Below are positions 26,960 to 40,098 of a stretch of 64,000 bases of DNA, piece by piece. This stretch comes from Isurus oxyrinchus. Lineage: Eukaryota. Location: the NCBI GenBank assembly GCA_026770705.1, contig JANJGN010000002.1, positions 49,910,001-49,974,000 on the forward strand, read 5' to 3'. A program made the translations under genes and the position numbers. The stretch's first letter is position 1; each line of letters opens with the position of its first letter. The notes beneath the pieces were generated by a model. That model did no database searches, was not told the origin of the DNA, and saw only the letters and a program-made list of their open reading frames with translations.

Positions 26960-28690
26960 TTCAGAAAGAAATAACCTACCAGAACAATCTCTTTGCCTTG
27001 AGGAAGTGACAACCCAATGAACTATGTGGACAGCTATGAGTTAACCTCAAAGCTGTGGAGAATTATGATAAACTTTGGGAATGGATAAAAATTGGCAGAT
27101 AGACCAAAAATGATGCATATTTGTTAGAAGGGTTATATCATAATGGAGAGAAGTACTGAGCTTAGTGGCCCAGGAATCAGTGTTGGGACAACTATAGTTC
27201 CTAATTTGTATCAGTAACTTGGATTCAGAAATTCAATGCAAATTGATTAGATTTGTAGATGATGAAGCAATGTAATTAGAGGAGATGACCTAGAAATTGC
27301 AGAATGAGTTGAATAAAATGTTTTCCTCTTCAAAAATGCTGAATGACCTGCTGATTGTTTCCAACCTTTTTTGTTTTCATTATGGATTTAATCGGTAGTA
27401 GGGAAAATAATGGCTGATGAAATTTAATGTAAACAAGCGTAAATTATTGCACAGAAAGAAAAGCTGGGTGACACACCCATGAATGGTGGTAGAATATTGA
27501 ACTACATTGTCGAAGCGGCAGAACATAAGCACTCGCACAGACTCCACCTTCATGTAGAACTCTATAATAAGGCAGGAAGGAGTCATTAAACTGCTTAAGG
27601 TCATGGAGAGAACAGCCACAAAGCTAAGCCCTCTAGTTACAAATGCCTCAGTTATGTGGAAGGACTGGAAAAACATGTGCTTCTTAGCTTTGAAAGGAAC
27701 CACTTGGAAGTTAATCTTATTTATCTAAAGATAAATAAGATAATCAACAATATGAAATTGTTGAATTTGGAGTATTATTTTAATTGGCAAGCATACAAGG
27801 AATAGAGCTCCAAACTAGGAACAGTCAAATCTAAAACTAATATCAGGGTGCGAAGTATTGTGGAGGCAATTGTGGAGCCTTGGCTGTCAGCTTGAGGGCT
27901 GGTGACGTCCCCATGTCGCCTCTTTTCGAGAAGACCCACAGCATCTTGTGCCACTCAGGCACTTAATAGGCCAGCAGCAGGTCTTCCCTCCGGCATCAAG
28001 GGGTGTAAGTTCCGCCTACCAAGAGCTGCCAGCCAGTCAGAGGCTGGCAGCTCTTCTGTTCTCAGGAGTGCCACTGAGTAGGTGGTGGATGTTGCTGGTA
28101 CTACACCCACCCTGGGCCTTGGATCGAGGAGGAACCCAGTCAGAGGCAAGCGATGGTGGGAGGGAGGTCGAGGGCTGGGGGTCGCGGGGAGGGAGGGTGA
28201 CAGTGATTGGCACCAAGTGGCTTTCAGTGCCCACGCCCCTCTTCCTGATGCTAGATCCCTTGAGCAGGCACAGAGTGCTATTGAATAAGGGATCCCCCCT
28301 GGGATCCTTCAAGCAAACACACCGGGAGTTATTTGTTGTGCTCCCTGCATGGCGAGCCTGCCACGTCACTGAGTTAATATCAGCGGCAGCAGGATAATGC
28401 CCTTAAGTGGGCATTTAAAGGCCTTTCCACCCTGGACATAATCTGAATAAAGGCAATAAAGGGAGGATAATGCAAACCCCACCTTCCCCTTGCCACCAAA
28501 CATGCCATAGAAGAGGTTATAAGATTCCACCTAGAAAGTTTTTCTTCATAAATAGTGTGATCAACATGTGGAATAGGCTCTTAGATTGAACAGTGCAAGT
28601 TAAAACTCTGCAATTACTGAAAGAACAATTAGATGGTTGGAATTACTGGAAAAACAATTAGATGGGCTGAATGATCTTCCCAACCTCTAA
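26960..28690 (+). mobile_element. Old CR1 LINE fragment with nested insertions
   Basis: cccaggaatcagtgttggga (PQGSVLG-like), tttgtagatgat (FADD-like) and CR1 3' tail gatgggctgaatgatct. Confidence 0.65.
27847..28531. mobile_element. GC-rich non-autonomous DNA element inserted in CR1
   Basis: Interrupts the CR1 between aatatcag and aaagtttttcttc; GGTG...CACC ends with cag/tag flanks. Confidence 0.5.
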
Positions 28691-30069
28691 TTTTGTTGCA
28701 ATGGAACTAAAAACAGTTACACTTACTCATAATTGTATGTACAAAACGTAGGCTGTGGCTGTCAGTTTTATAGACATTGTATGTACCTTTGTAATGGGAA
28801 AGTAGTTCATGTTTTTATATTTTATTTGGATCACATAGAATCTTCTGCTAATTTGCTTTGCAGCATACATAAGAGTGCTTGTAGACTTTATTGCATTTGT
28901 ACGACTATAGCAGGGTTGCCGTATTTCAAATAGAATGAATAAAATTTAGCAGTGCCAGTGATACATGTTAATAATTGATTCTTTGCGATATAATCATTTT
29001 TGTTGCATAAATAATTTGATTTTGTACATTAGGTCCTTCTAATGAATTTATGAAATATGCCATATGAAACTCATTTATGGCTTATATATTTAAAGAGACT
29101 GTAATTCTTATTCTAAGTTTTTATGGTTATTACTTCAATTTGAGGTCAATTGATTTTGCTTATGGATGAGATTAACCATTTAAAATTTAGTTCAGGTAAA
29201 ATAAATAGTGATTGATGATTATGCTGATCTTCCAATACACTAATCAAAATCACTGATACTTATTGACGAGATACTTATTGGCGAGATTTTCTTTTCAGTC
29301 TGCACACTGCTGGCATACATGCCTGGCATCTTTCCGATAAATGTTTAAATTACAGTGGTGAATTTAATGCTTAATTCACACCAGAGCCTTACCATTTATC
29401 TATGGTTCAAAAAATTTAAGGAACTGTTTGATCATAGGGAAAAACTGCAGCACTGTATGTAATGAATCAGTAATAGCGTATCATCATTCATGTGAGGAAT
29501 CTTTAAATATTAGAATGTTTGGAAAAGATGCCATTAACCCCTAAGATGACAGTGTAGGTATGGATCCTGAACATTTAATTTACTGTTTGTGTATTGGTTT
29601 CGTTAAGCGACAGATCATTTTTTGTTGATTGATTGCTTTAGCATATTTTCAGAAACACACAGTTTGATCATAACAAGTATTTTTTTTTATTTTGCACTCC
29701 TGGTGAGAGAGGCCTTACTTACTGGCAGTGCTTATCAGAAATGTGCACACATGCTCTGCACCATTTTCTAACCATTGATTTAAGTGGTTGGAAAAAAAAG
29801 CATGCAGAGCGGGTCCAATTTTCTAATATGTGGTGCTGGTGGTCAAGATTCTTCAGTGGGAATGTGAAGTCAAAAAATTCCCCCTACCGTGCATTCTTAA
29901 AGTCTAGATGAATTAGAATGTGTCACAAATATGACAAAACTGAGTAGCCTGTCAGTGGAAAACCTTCAATAATGGTGCTGAATCACCCATTAACTTCCAT
30001 CATAGGCATATACGTGCTATAAATAACACTCAGTGCATCAGTACAGCTGTCATTTGCACAAATTGAAGT

Positions 30070-30312
30070 GATAATGGAAAGAGTAAGACATAGAAAGGCC
30101 TGCTTTACTGATGAGGCCCTTCAAATATTGTGAATAGCATAAAGGAACAGGGAATGCCCTCTATTGTCCAGAAGGACGACCTACTGGTAAACTAAGGGTC
30201 CAGCAGGAACAGAGTCAATCATGCAATAGATGAATGTGGTTTCCACAAAATGCTTTGTATGGACAAATGTACATAATAAGTCCTTTAGTGTGAAGGAATG
30301 TTCTAAGGTAAG
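30070..30312 (+). pseudogene. Ancient Harbinger Myb/SANT exon-1 remnant
   Basis: MERVRHRKACFTDEALQIL..., ending in AAG|GTAAGC at 30308 like the other Myb first exons. Confidence 0.5.
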
Positions 30313-31689
30313 CAATGAAATCACTATCAATTATGACATAGCAAATATATAGGCATGACTATCAATTATTTTATACTGCGATATTTGGGTATGAGTGCCA
30401 ATTGTGCTACATTTTTTAGAAAAGCCTTGCCAAAGAGGTTGCAGATGCCAGGCAAATTTTTCTGAATACTTGCACACAAGATTATTGTTGAGCTGAATTT
30501 CATCAGTATTTTGCTATAAGTGAAGCACAGCGAGATAATAAGGATATATCTGTACTATTACCACAGGCTAGAGGAGGCAGACCTCCAGCTGAGAAAGATT
30601 GTTCACAAACTACCCTTAAACATAGCTCCAATTGACAACTCCACTTTCTCATCTTTAGCTAGAAAAAGTATTTTAAATTTTATACTACTAGAGTGGAGTT
30701 CCTGATCTGAGCTGACACCCACACCAATTTTCATTCATAAACACACTTTGTGGGCTTGTTTATATTGGATGCCTGTAAAATGCAGGCAGTGGGAGATTAT
30801 TGCTTTGGATAAAATGAATCCTTTCAGATACCTTTTATTTCTTTGAACCTACTTGGCTTTCAACTCCTGCTGTTGCTTCTCCTCCTTCAAACTGTGTAGT
30901 AACATCAGCAGATTTAATAAAACACCCATGCTGCAGGTTTCATTGCAGGACTCCTCCTTTAGACACTTGGGCCAATTTCTACAGCAGACACAGTGTCTCA
31001 ATTAACAAGAGCCTGGATTAGAAAATTGAATGCAGAGGTTAGAAAACTCAATTTCCATCACTCCTGAATTTTATGTGCATATCAAAAGTGAGCCCTGAAG
31101 ATATGGGCAGTGCATCTCTGAGTAAGTGCAGAAGTGCACCTACCCCAAATTTCCTTCACTAACCTCGACAAATTCATGTATTATTTGGGATGCTTTTGGG
31201 ACTCAGATTTTTGCAGCAAGGTCGGATAGTACAGCATAGGTAGTCATATCAGTGGGTTGTTGCACTTCTCCAAGAATCGAGAGCTGTCCGCTGCAACCTT
31301 TCCTTATATACCCTGCCCACCTTTGCCCAATTAGCCAGAATTTTGCATTGATTGAACAGGCACACGGGGTAGACATGTACAGTTGTGAAATGGGGCACGA
31401 TGACGTCGGGAGGGCATCCTGACATAATCGTGCTGCCTTGCGATATTTTGCAGAAGTCGGAGCCCACCGACAGTTAAAGGGCCAATTAAGCCCATATAAA
31501 GACCAATTGAAAGTGATTCTGAGTGGCCTGGGCACTTTTACACTCAGCACATGGGCCAAATGGCCAGGCGGCTGTCACATTTTTCATTCATTCTACATCC
31601 AGGGCGCGATAAAAAGCCCGCACGATGATCGTAAGGTGGGGAGTTAGAAATTTTGCTGTGAGTTGTTTGGAGCTGCTGTAGAGATCTGG

Positions 31690-32776
31690 CACAGCCAGAA
31701 GGGATGGAGGGCAAGCAAGAAGTGCAAGGCAGAAGGGTCCGGAGAAGGCGCCATTGCCCAGCGGGTAGAGAGTACAGGCAGCGATCATGCTACCTGGACA
31801 TGTTCGAGGTTAAGTGTCGAAGAAGGCTCCGCCTCTCAAGGCACACTGTCACCTCTATATGTGAAATGATTGGCCCCGAAATTGGCTCTAAATATGTAGT
31901 GGCCCTGAAGGTAACAGCTGCCTGAAACATTTATGCCACAGGTTCTTTCCAGGGGTCATTAGGAGATCTATGTGGTGTCTTGCAATCGTTTGCCCACAGC
32001 TGCATCACGTTGCTCCCAGATGCATTGTTCCGTAGGGTCATCATCTTCAGGATTGAAAAGGCCAACCAGGCAAATAGAGGCAGAAGCTTTGCTGCAATTG
32101 CAGGATTTCCCTAAATTCAGAGAGCCTTTGACTGCATGCATGTGCCCATAAAGGAGCCAGCGGTATAGGTGAGTGCCTTTGTCAGTAGAAAGGGCTTCCA
32201 CTCTCTAAACTTCCGGATTGCGTGTGATTACAAGAGTCAGATGCTGTAGGCCTATGCCAGGTGTCTAAGAAGCTGCTATGATTCCTGGACCCTGCATCAC
32301 TCCCAGGTTCCAAGGCTGTTCATTGCTCCAGCATGCTTGGATGGCTGGCTATTGGGGAACAAAGGCTTTCCAATGAAAAGGTGGCTCATGATGCTGCTGA
32401 GACACCCAAGGACTATAGCCAAGGAGAGCTATAACTGCAGTCATGCCTCCACAAGGACAATAATTGAGAGGACCATAGGCCTACTCAAGATGAGGTTTCA
32501 CCGCCTGGATCGTTCAGGGGATCATTGAAATATCCTCCTGAATCCTCCCTTATTGTTGTTGTCTGCTGTGCACTGCACAATCTGGCTCTCTCAAGAAGGG
32601 ACCCATTGGAGGATGAAGGCAGTGGTGCTGTTCCAGAGGCCGCAGAGGACTATTCAGGTGCTAAGTCTGAGGAGGACCCTGAGGAGTCCCATGGTGAGGA
32701 GCAAGATCCTGATGTGAGGATGCTTATGGGAGGCAGGGAGACCAGGACAGCCTTGATTCAGGGGACTTTCAATTAG
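31690..32776 (+). pseudogene. Harbinger DDE transposase (HARBI1-like) pseudogene
   Basis: CRRRLRLSR...VALKVTAA...GSFQ...AFDCMHV...RKGFHSLN...WLLGNKGFP...HASTRTIIERTIGLLKMRF...CCALHNLAL with multiple frameshifts and stops. Confidence 0.92.
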
Positions 32777-33060
32777 GAATCCAAAGCAAGGAGTCAAGGT
32801 GATGGCAAAGGAGATGCCACCAAATTGATCGTTCTGGTGAGGCACTCCTGTCAACCTTCACTCGAGTCCCAACCTTTGAAATAAACTTTTCAGCCCTTCA
32901 TATGTGCAACACATGACTCTGAGGCCTCTTCCCTAACAATTGCATGAAGGACACTAAGGCATTTAGATGTTATTTAACATTTTAATATCAAAGGCAAAGA
33001 TATATATGCACCAGTACACATATGCCAAGGAGAAATTAACCTGTGAAACCTCTTATGTGA

Positions 33061-35110
33061 TCATTGTGACTTCAATTTCTGCTTACCAGTTCTTCCCCTC
33101 GCTGGCAGCTGGATTGGAGGCAGGCTGCTAACTCTGATGTCCTTTTGGCCATGATGGCCTTGGTGACTGTCCTTTGATCGCTGGGGCTTGTGTGGGCCCT
33201 GTCTGGTGTCTGGGCAGGAGCATCCAGAGCCATGGCTGAGCATTCCTCAGTTGTCACGATCTCCTCAGATGTGATGGTTACTGGCAGAGGGGCAGAGGAG
33301 CTGCTGCCATCATCAAGACCACCTTGAGAGAAGCCCCCAGATGTGAGCTGCAGGTCGTCTGCCAATATGAGGTTGGTTTGAACCTCCCTGCTCACCATAG
33401 ATGGATGAGCAGCTAACAGATTCACTAGGTGCTTCATCCATCCCTCACATTGGCAGTGGCCTGCTGAGGTCACTACTAGTATGTTGGCTTGTGAGTCTGA
33501 ACCAAGCCCAGAAACCACTGATTGAATTCCTGGAGCTGCCTCAGAATCCCCACTCACTCTATGGAGGAAGCTGTGCATTCTGAGCTCTGGGCCAAAGCAG
33601 TGTTCATGCTCCACATGCAGTCCTCCAACACGGAGACCATGGCACACAGGCCCTCAGGATCTCTGTCAGATCTTTCCGCACATCCGGCTGGACATCCAGT
33701 ATCTACCGCCTGATGGACGACCCGAGAGGTTCATCATCTGCCACAGACTCAGCATTGTCCTGGTTTCCAGCAATCTGCTGGCACCATGGGGACTCCCTGC
33801 CTCTGCCAGCTGCTCAGGCAAGTGTGACATGCCTTCACCAGCGTACACTACCATCTGCTCTGATATGCATATGCCCACTGATGTGCCTGTGTCTGTGGTG
33901 GTGCATGATGCAGAGGGAGGATATGACGTGGGTGCATCTGACAGCTGGTCATCCTCTGAGGTCAAGGGACGTTCCTTGAGGTCCTACTGGGGACAAGATG
34001 CTCCATCTGAGGGAGGAAGAAAAATGTCAATATCGAACAGCATTACAAAGTCAGAGTGCTTGCGGTCTGGTTGCTTCTCAGAGTGGACATCTGGCTGAGC
34101 AAAGACTTCTGAATGGATGAGCAATAGGGATTAGTTGATTTCACATGTCAGTCTTACAACCACTACCCTACATCTCTCAACCTTCTCTCAATCTCTTCCC
34201 TGCCCACTGGACTCTTACCTTCATTCAACACCCTTGCCTCTCCATGGCCAGTGGTCCTGGCTCCATGTTCGCAGGCCATCACCAGTGCATGCTCCTCCCC
34301 CTGACTTAAAAGAAGAAGGTTTGGGATCCCACCATCCATCCGTCCTCGCTCTTGAGCATTGTGACGCCTCTTCTCCTGTAAGGACAGAAGTTCTTTACTT
34401 GACCCCCCTCTACGTGCCAAAAAATCCAGCCTGCCCCCAAAGACACTGGTTCAGGTGCCCTTCACATTGTTGCACCTTACCCTGACATACATGTCTATGA
34501 AGGCGCAAGGTTATGTGCCACTTTATGCTCTGCATTTCATACCTGTGAGCACCAACAGGTGCTGTGACCCACAAAGACATCTATCCAAGGTTCCAACTGG
34601 ATTCAGTACTCACCCTAGCAGAGCACAGAAGATCACTGAATCTTTTCCTGCACTGGATCCAGGTCTTACAGATGACATCATGTCTACTGACCAGACCTGC
34701 CGTCCAGGCCTTCTTTGTCATGTGAGGGGCCTCCTTTTACTGTCTCACAGGAGCAAGATGTTGCATCGGGCACTGACTGTCTCCAGCAAAATCCACAAGC
34801 TGTAGTAATTATGGTTTTATTTAGTGTGTACTGTACCTTTAAGAATAATACTTGTTAGGCAAGATCACATGATCTGTAGTAACCAATAGGAGAGTAGCAT
34901 GGGCTACCTCAGCAATCAGTCTAGAGATAGAGTTGAAAGCACACGTGTGGTTGCTGCTGAGTATATTGTAAATAAACTTAATGTTTCCACCCAAGAAGTG
35001 CCTGCAGATCAACTCTATCATTAATAGTACAACTCAGCAACCCGACAATACAAGCACTCATTGGAAAAGCAGGGACAGACTGGCCCTGGGCTTAGGCTGC
35101 GGGTGCCTAT
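33061..35110 (-). pseudogene. Harbinger Myb/SANT DNA-binding protein pseudogene (multi-exon)
   Basis: PCFSNEC[LTR]LWILLETVSARCNILL...KTWIQCRKRFSDLLCSAR|gtgagt (34613); exon 2 EKRRHNAQERGRMDGGIPNLLLLSQGEEHAL. Confidence 0.85.
34801..35052 (+). mobile_element. Solo LTR inserted in the Myb gene
   Basis: TGTAGT...AATACA termini, agc duplicated on both sides, internal AATAAA; removing it restores the Myb frame NECLWIL. Confidence 0.8.
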
Positions 35111-38039
35111 GACATACTGCAGACAGTTACAGCACAAAAACTGAAGTGATGAGTCAATCAATTCAATTTTCAAAGCTGCTCCTTGAGGCTTTTGAACATA
35201 GACTTCCAGCCTTCAGGGAGCTCCATTTAAACCTCCGACCCACAATATTACTGGGCCCAGCTCTCACCCTTTTTGCGCCCCACCGCCAGTGCTGAGCCAG
35301 CAGTTAATTGACCAGCCAGCATGAAATTTATGTCAGGAGCTGATTGCAGGCAGGAGTGGATTTTACATTTGCTTCCAGTCCCGCTGATCGCGCTTACCCA
35401 AAATGCTAAAAATTCAGGCCAGTGTGTTCTTTTAGTATCTCCTCTTCTGTTTGCCACAGAAAAGACCCTTCAGTTCCATTGGCTGTATGTTCTCTAATTC
35501 TTTCTGGAAACTCTTTACAAATCTATCTTTTCTCCACCGTTAAGCTATCATTTAGATCAAGGTTTGGATCATGACTCTTAATTGTTTCACTATGACTTGA
35601 CATGCTTTTTGCAATTTCTCTTAAATCTATTTTCTCCCCTTGTTTGGCACTCCCCACACCTCCACCCCAGCCCCGCACTACCCATCCATAAAGTACCTTG
35701 GAATATTTCCTGTGTTATTGCTATTCATTGTTTTATTGTTTTCTGTTATTTCAGCCTATATTAACTGTCCAATCTCTGTACTGACTGTATCTCATCCTGT
35801 CCCAGCTGTCTGATCTCTTTCTTTCAGCTATTTCAAATCTCTGACATTTTTTTTCCCTCTCACTCTTTGATTTCTATCTTAGTTCTCTCACAGCTCTCTG
35901 ATCTTTCTTCTGACTACATCCTGCTCTGGTCCAGCATACTGATCTTTGCCCTGACATCAGCCCATCAATCAGTGGTATCAGGGATTGTAAGACATCACAG
36001 GGATAGAACCGTGTATTGATTTGGATGATAACTTTTCTCCAAATATTTTGTATTTACTTTAAAAAGATCTCCTAGTGATATATCAAGTATTTGAACATCC
36101 ATTTCCTGTACATAATTTATCCATATTTATTGCTTTTAAAAAAGTCACTGGGTACTTTAACCTACAGAAGAGATCTGTCTCTCTCACTCAGAGTGACAAT
36201 CAACCTGATACACCACAGAATGCAACATTAGGAGGAGAGCATACGATGGATTTGGAGGAGAAAGGAGGTGCATTACAGAGTCAGGGAGAAGTTAGCATCA
36301 CATCTGAAGCACAGGGAAACTACAGGTCACTTGGGACTTGGAGGTATCTCAGGAGAATACGACAGTAAATTATGCCTCAGGAAGGATCAGCAATGTATCA
36401 GAAGATTTAGCAGTAGATTGGAAACTCATAGGATGAGAGAAATTGAGGCATAATTTTGTGTCCTTTCGGAAACAGGAATCTCTAAAACTTTTTTTCTTTC
36501 ATAGCAAATTTAAATTTTCTATATGAAAATAGGCCACCCAATCTTCCCATTGGCAGGAAGAGGTCCAGGCCAGAGTCGTGTCATGATCCCACACATGTGT
36601 CCTCTGGCATTGGGATTGCGATTGACAGCCCTTGGGGGACTTTATATTTCTTGGCCCCATTATTTTCATCAGGTCAGGTGGGTTTTGGAAGACTTCTGAA
36701 AACCCACCTTGTTTGAGAGCTCAAGAACCATGAGGGCAGCCCACTGAGGAGTTGGAAACTTTCTGCCAGTTAAATATTGAATGTCATTATTAGATGCTGA
36801 ACTGTAAGTTAGATGTGTTTTTACTGCACTGAATTATCATAGGCCTCTATCTGCAAAGGTAAATTGGCTGTACATTGATCAGCATTGTGTAAGTGTTGAG
36901 ATGCATTAGAGTACTTCTCCCATTGGAAAAAGTATTATTATGCATTTAAAATTGAAGAAAACTATGCTTCGGAACTCAAGTGTCATGATGTGAAGTGAAT
37001 TAAATGTCCACAGTGACTTAGGTTTGAAAACAAATTGGCTGCAGCTTTCACTTAGAGAAAATAAAACAACCTGCTCCTGGGCTGTTTGATTAACTAGCCA
37101 TCTGATGTAGCTTGGAAAAAAAAGCCTAGCCATTGTTTTTTTATAGTTTCAATAGGCTCTACCGTCTGCAGTCAAAAATGTTTATTTTGACAGCTGAGCC
37201 CATTAGGAATGCTAGGTTTCAAAAACTGCAGAACCACTTATCTCAGTGGGAGTTGTGCACACAGTTGGATTTAGTTTTAAAAGCTTATTAAAGGATTATC
37301 CATCTTTGATGTGGTTACTGAATAGATTCTTGTTTTTACAACTTAAGGAGGTTAGGGGATTTAACTCTTCATTGGGTTTTTTATTTTCAGTATGAAGTGT
37401 GTTGTGTTTTTGAATGACAGATGACATCTCTGAATTCACTCACACTCAGCCTGCCTCAACTACTCCCCTCCCAGAGTTTCAATCTAATCTCCCGAGACTA
37501 CATTTCCCTGGATTCCTGAGTTTACACTCCAGCGTCAACTCACAGGCACCATTTCAACTCTTTAGCCATGCCGAGCAGAATACTACTGCTCCAAAGGGTT
37601 ATGTTTTCCCCAACAGCCAACAGCACATAGTCACTAACCTTCTGCAGCCTTCTCAGATCTCCAGGACTTCTCCAAAGGCCTCACTACTTGAAATTTGTCA
37701 ACTGAGCACTTTTACTGCTTGGAGCCACTTTCTTTGCTCCTCTCTCCAATGGGTTCTCTTCCCAGTGGTTCCTATCAATTGTCTCCTCTTCCCAGTGGTC
37801 TCCCCTGGTGGCTCCATCTCTGGGCTCTCTCTCTCTGGCCCGGGACTCCTCTGTATTATTGTGCCCCACTGCTGGTTCTGTGATCGGGTTTTTGCAACTT
37901 CTTTCCCCCATGCAGTTAGCCTTGGCATTTTTCCCCAACCCAAAGATCTCACAAAGCTGAACTGTGCATGTGCAGCCTGATCCTGATTCACACATGTGAA
38001 GAAACTACTGGGGAGTGTCAGGACTTGTAGTTCCTATTT

Positions 38040-38735
38040 TTTTAAATTCATTCACAGGATGTGGGCTTCACTGGCTGGGCCAGCATTTATTACCCATACC
38101 TAGTTGCCCTTGAGAAGGTCCTAGTGAGCTGCCTTCTTGAACCGCTGCAATCCATGTGGTGTAGGTACACCCACAATGCTGTTAGAAAGGGAGTTCCAGG
38201 ATTTGACACAACGACAGTGAAGGAATGGCGATATATTTCCAAGTCAGGGTGGTGAGTGACTTGGAGGGGAACTTCCAGGTGGTGGTATTCCCATCTATCT
38301 GTTGCCCATGTCCTTCTAGTTGGTAGGGGTTGTGGGTTTGGCAGGTGCTATTTAAGGAGCCTTGGTGAATTTCTGCAGTCCATCTTGTAGATGATACACA
38401 GTGCTGCCACTGTGCGTCGGTGATGGAGAGAGCGAATCTTTGTGGATGTGGTGCCAATCAAGCAGGCAGCTTTGTCCTGAATGGTTTCAAGCCTCTTGAG
38501 TGTTGTTGGAGCTGCACTCACCCAGGCAAGTGGAGAGTATTCCACCACACTCCTGACTTGTGCTTTGTAGATGGTGGACAGGCTTTGGGGAGTCAGGGGC
38601 TGAGTTACTCATCACAGGATTCCTAGCCTCTGACCTGCTCTTGCAGCCACAGTATTTATATGGTTAGTCCAGTTCAGTTTCTGGTCAATAGTAACCCCTA
38701 GGATGTTGATAGTGGGAGATTCAGTGATGGTAATG
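38040..38735 (-). mobile_element. HER1 LINE 3' fragment
   Basis: MVEYSPLAWVSAAPTTLKRLETIQDKAACLIG; collinear with 3163-3810. Confidence 0.9.
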
Positions 38736-39665
38736 ACACAAAGATAGGTAGGAAAGTAAGTTGTGAAGATGACATAAGGAGACCACAAAAAGATATAGAT
38801 GGGCTAAATAAGTGGGCAAAGATCTGGTAAATTGAGTATAATGTGGGAAAATGTGAAATTGTACATTCTGGCAGGAAGAACTAAAGAGAAGCATATTATC
38901 CAAATGGTGAGAGATTGCAGAGCTCTGAAATGCAGAGTGATCTGGGTGTCTTAGTGCTTGAACTGCAAACGATTAGTATGCAGGTACAGCAAGTTATTAG
39001 GAAAGCTCATAGAATGTTATCATTTATTTCAAGGGGAACTCAATACAAAAGCAGGGAGGTTATGCTTCAATTATACAGAGCACCAGTGAGACCGCATTTG
39101 GAGTATTGTGTATAGTATTGGTCACCTTATTTAAGGAAGGATGTAAATGTGCTGGAAGCAGTTCAGAGAAGGTTTACCAAACTAATACCTGGAATGGGCA
39201 GGTTGTCTTATGAGGAAAGGTTGGACTGGCTAGGCTTGTACCTGTTGGAATTTAAAAGAGTAAGAGGTGACTTGATTGAAATTTTTAAGTTTTTGAGGGG
39301 TCTTGACAGAGTGCATGTGGAACATGGAGAGGATTTTTCCTCTTGTGGGAGAATTAAGAACTAGGGGGTCAATGTATAAAAATAAGGGGTCACCCATTTA
39401 AAACAGAGATGAAGCAAAACCATTTTCTCTGAGGATCATAAGACTTTGAAACTCTCTTCCTGAAAAGACGGTGGAAGCAGAATCTTTGAATATTTTTAAG
39501 GCAGAGGTGGATAGTCTTGGTAAGCAAGGGGGGTGGCAGGTTAGTTGGGGTAGGCGGGATGCAGACTTGAGGTTGCTGTCAGATCAGCCATGATCTTATT
39601 AAATGACGGAGCAGGCTCAAGGGGTCAAATGGCCTACTCCTGCTTCTTGTTCACATGTTCGTATG
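38736..39665 (+). mobile_element. CR1 LINE 3' fragment
   Basis: DLGVLV...VMLQLYRAPVRPHLEYCV...LEAVQRRFTKLIPGM...YEERL followed by the CR1 tail. Confidence 0.92.
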
Positions 39666-39890
39666 TTCACTCACCTTGGCCACTGATATGAGAACACTGA
39701 ACTTTTTACACTGCATCCTGATCCTTGGAGTTATATTGCCGGCAAAGACTACAATGCCTTTACTATATCTGTCTAAGGGCCTTCTGGTGCTCTGTGGACA
39801 AAGGATGTCTCTCCTCAAAACCATCTCCTGCACTGAGGTCTCCAGCGCTGCACCAGTGAACCTTGAAACTCTCTCTCTGCCATCCTGTGT
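39666..39890 (-). pseudogene. Ancient Harbinger Myb/SANT exon-1 remnant
   Basis: GRERVSRFTGAALETSVQEMVLRRDILCPQSTRRP...MQCKKFSVLISVAK|gtgagt. Confidence 0.65.
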
Positions 39891-40098
39891 CAGTCTTGTT
39901 GCTTTCTCAGGGGAAACACAATATTAGAATGACTTCCAACATATGCTGCAGTCAAAATGTTTTGTGTGCTGCCTGCATCAGTAGCAACAGGTGTGTGTTA
40001 ATTATGTATTGCAATTCTCATGCCAGTTTTTGAGCCTTATCAAGTTTTGCGACCAATGAGTTTTACAGTATATTTGGGAATTTGAATGTGTTTCTTTT

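Larger units (their letters stand above)
31333..35420 (+). mobile_element. PIF/Harbinger DNA transposon A (complete structure, inactivated)
   Basis: TIRs AGCCAGAATTTT and (reverse complement) GGCCTGAATTTT; flanks ATT/AGT; transposase on +, Myb gene on -. Confidence 0.9.

Noticed and set aside
31690-32776. Possible domesticated HARBI1/NAIF1-like host genes
   Set aside because: Multiple frameshifts and stops plus flanking TIRs and TSDs show these are dead transposon copies.
37414-37980. 188-aa ORF with short internal repeats (ctcttcccagtggt x2)
   Set aside because: No recognisable domain or splice context; likely a chance ORF in a pyrimidine-rich old repeat.
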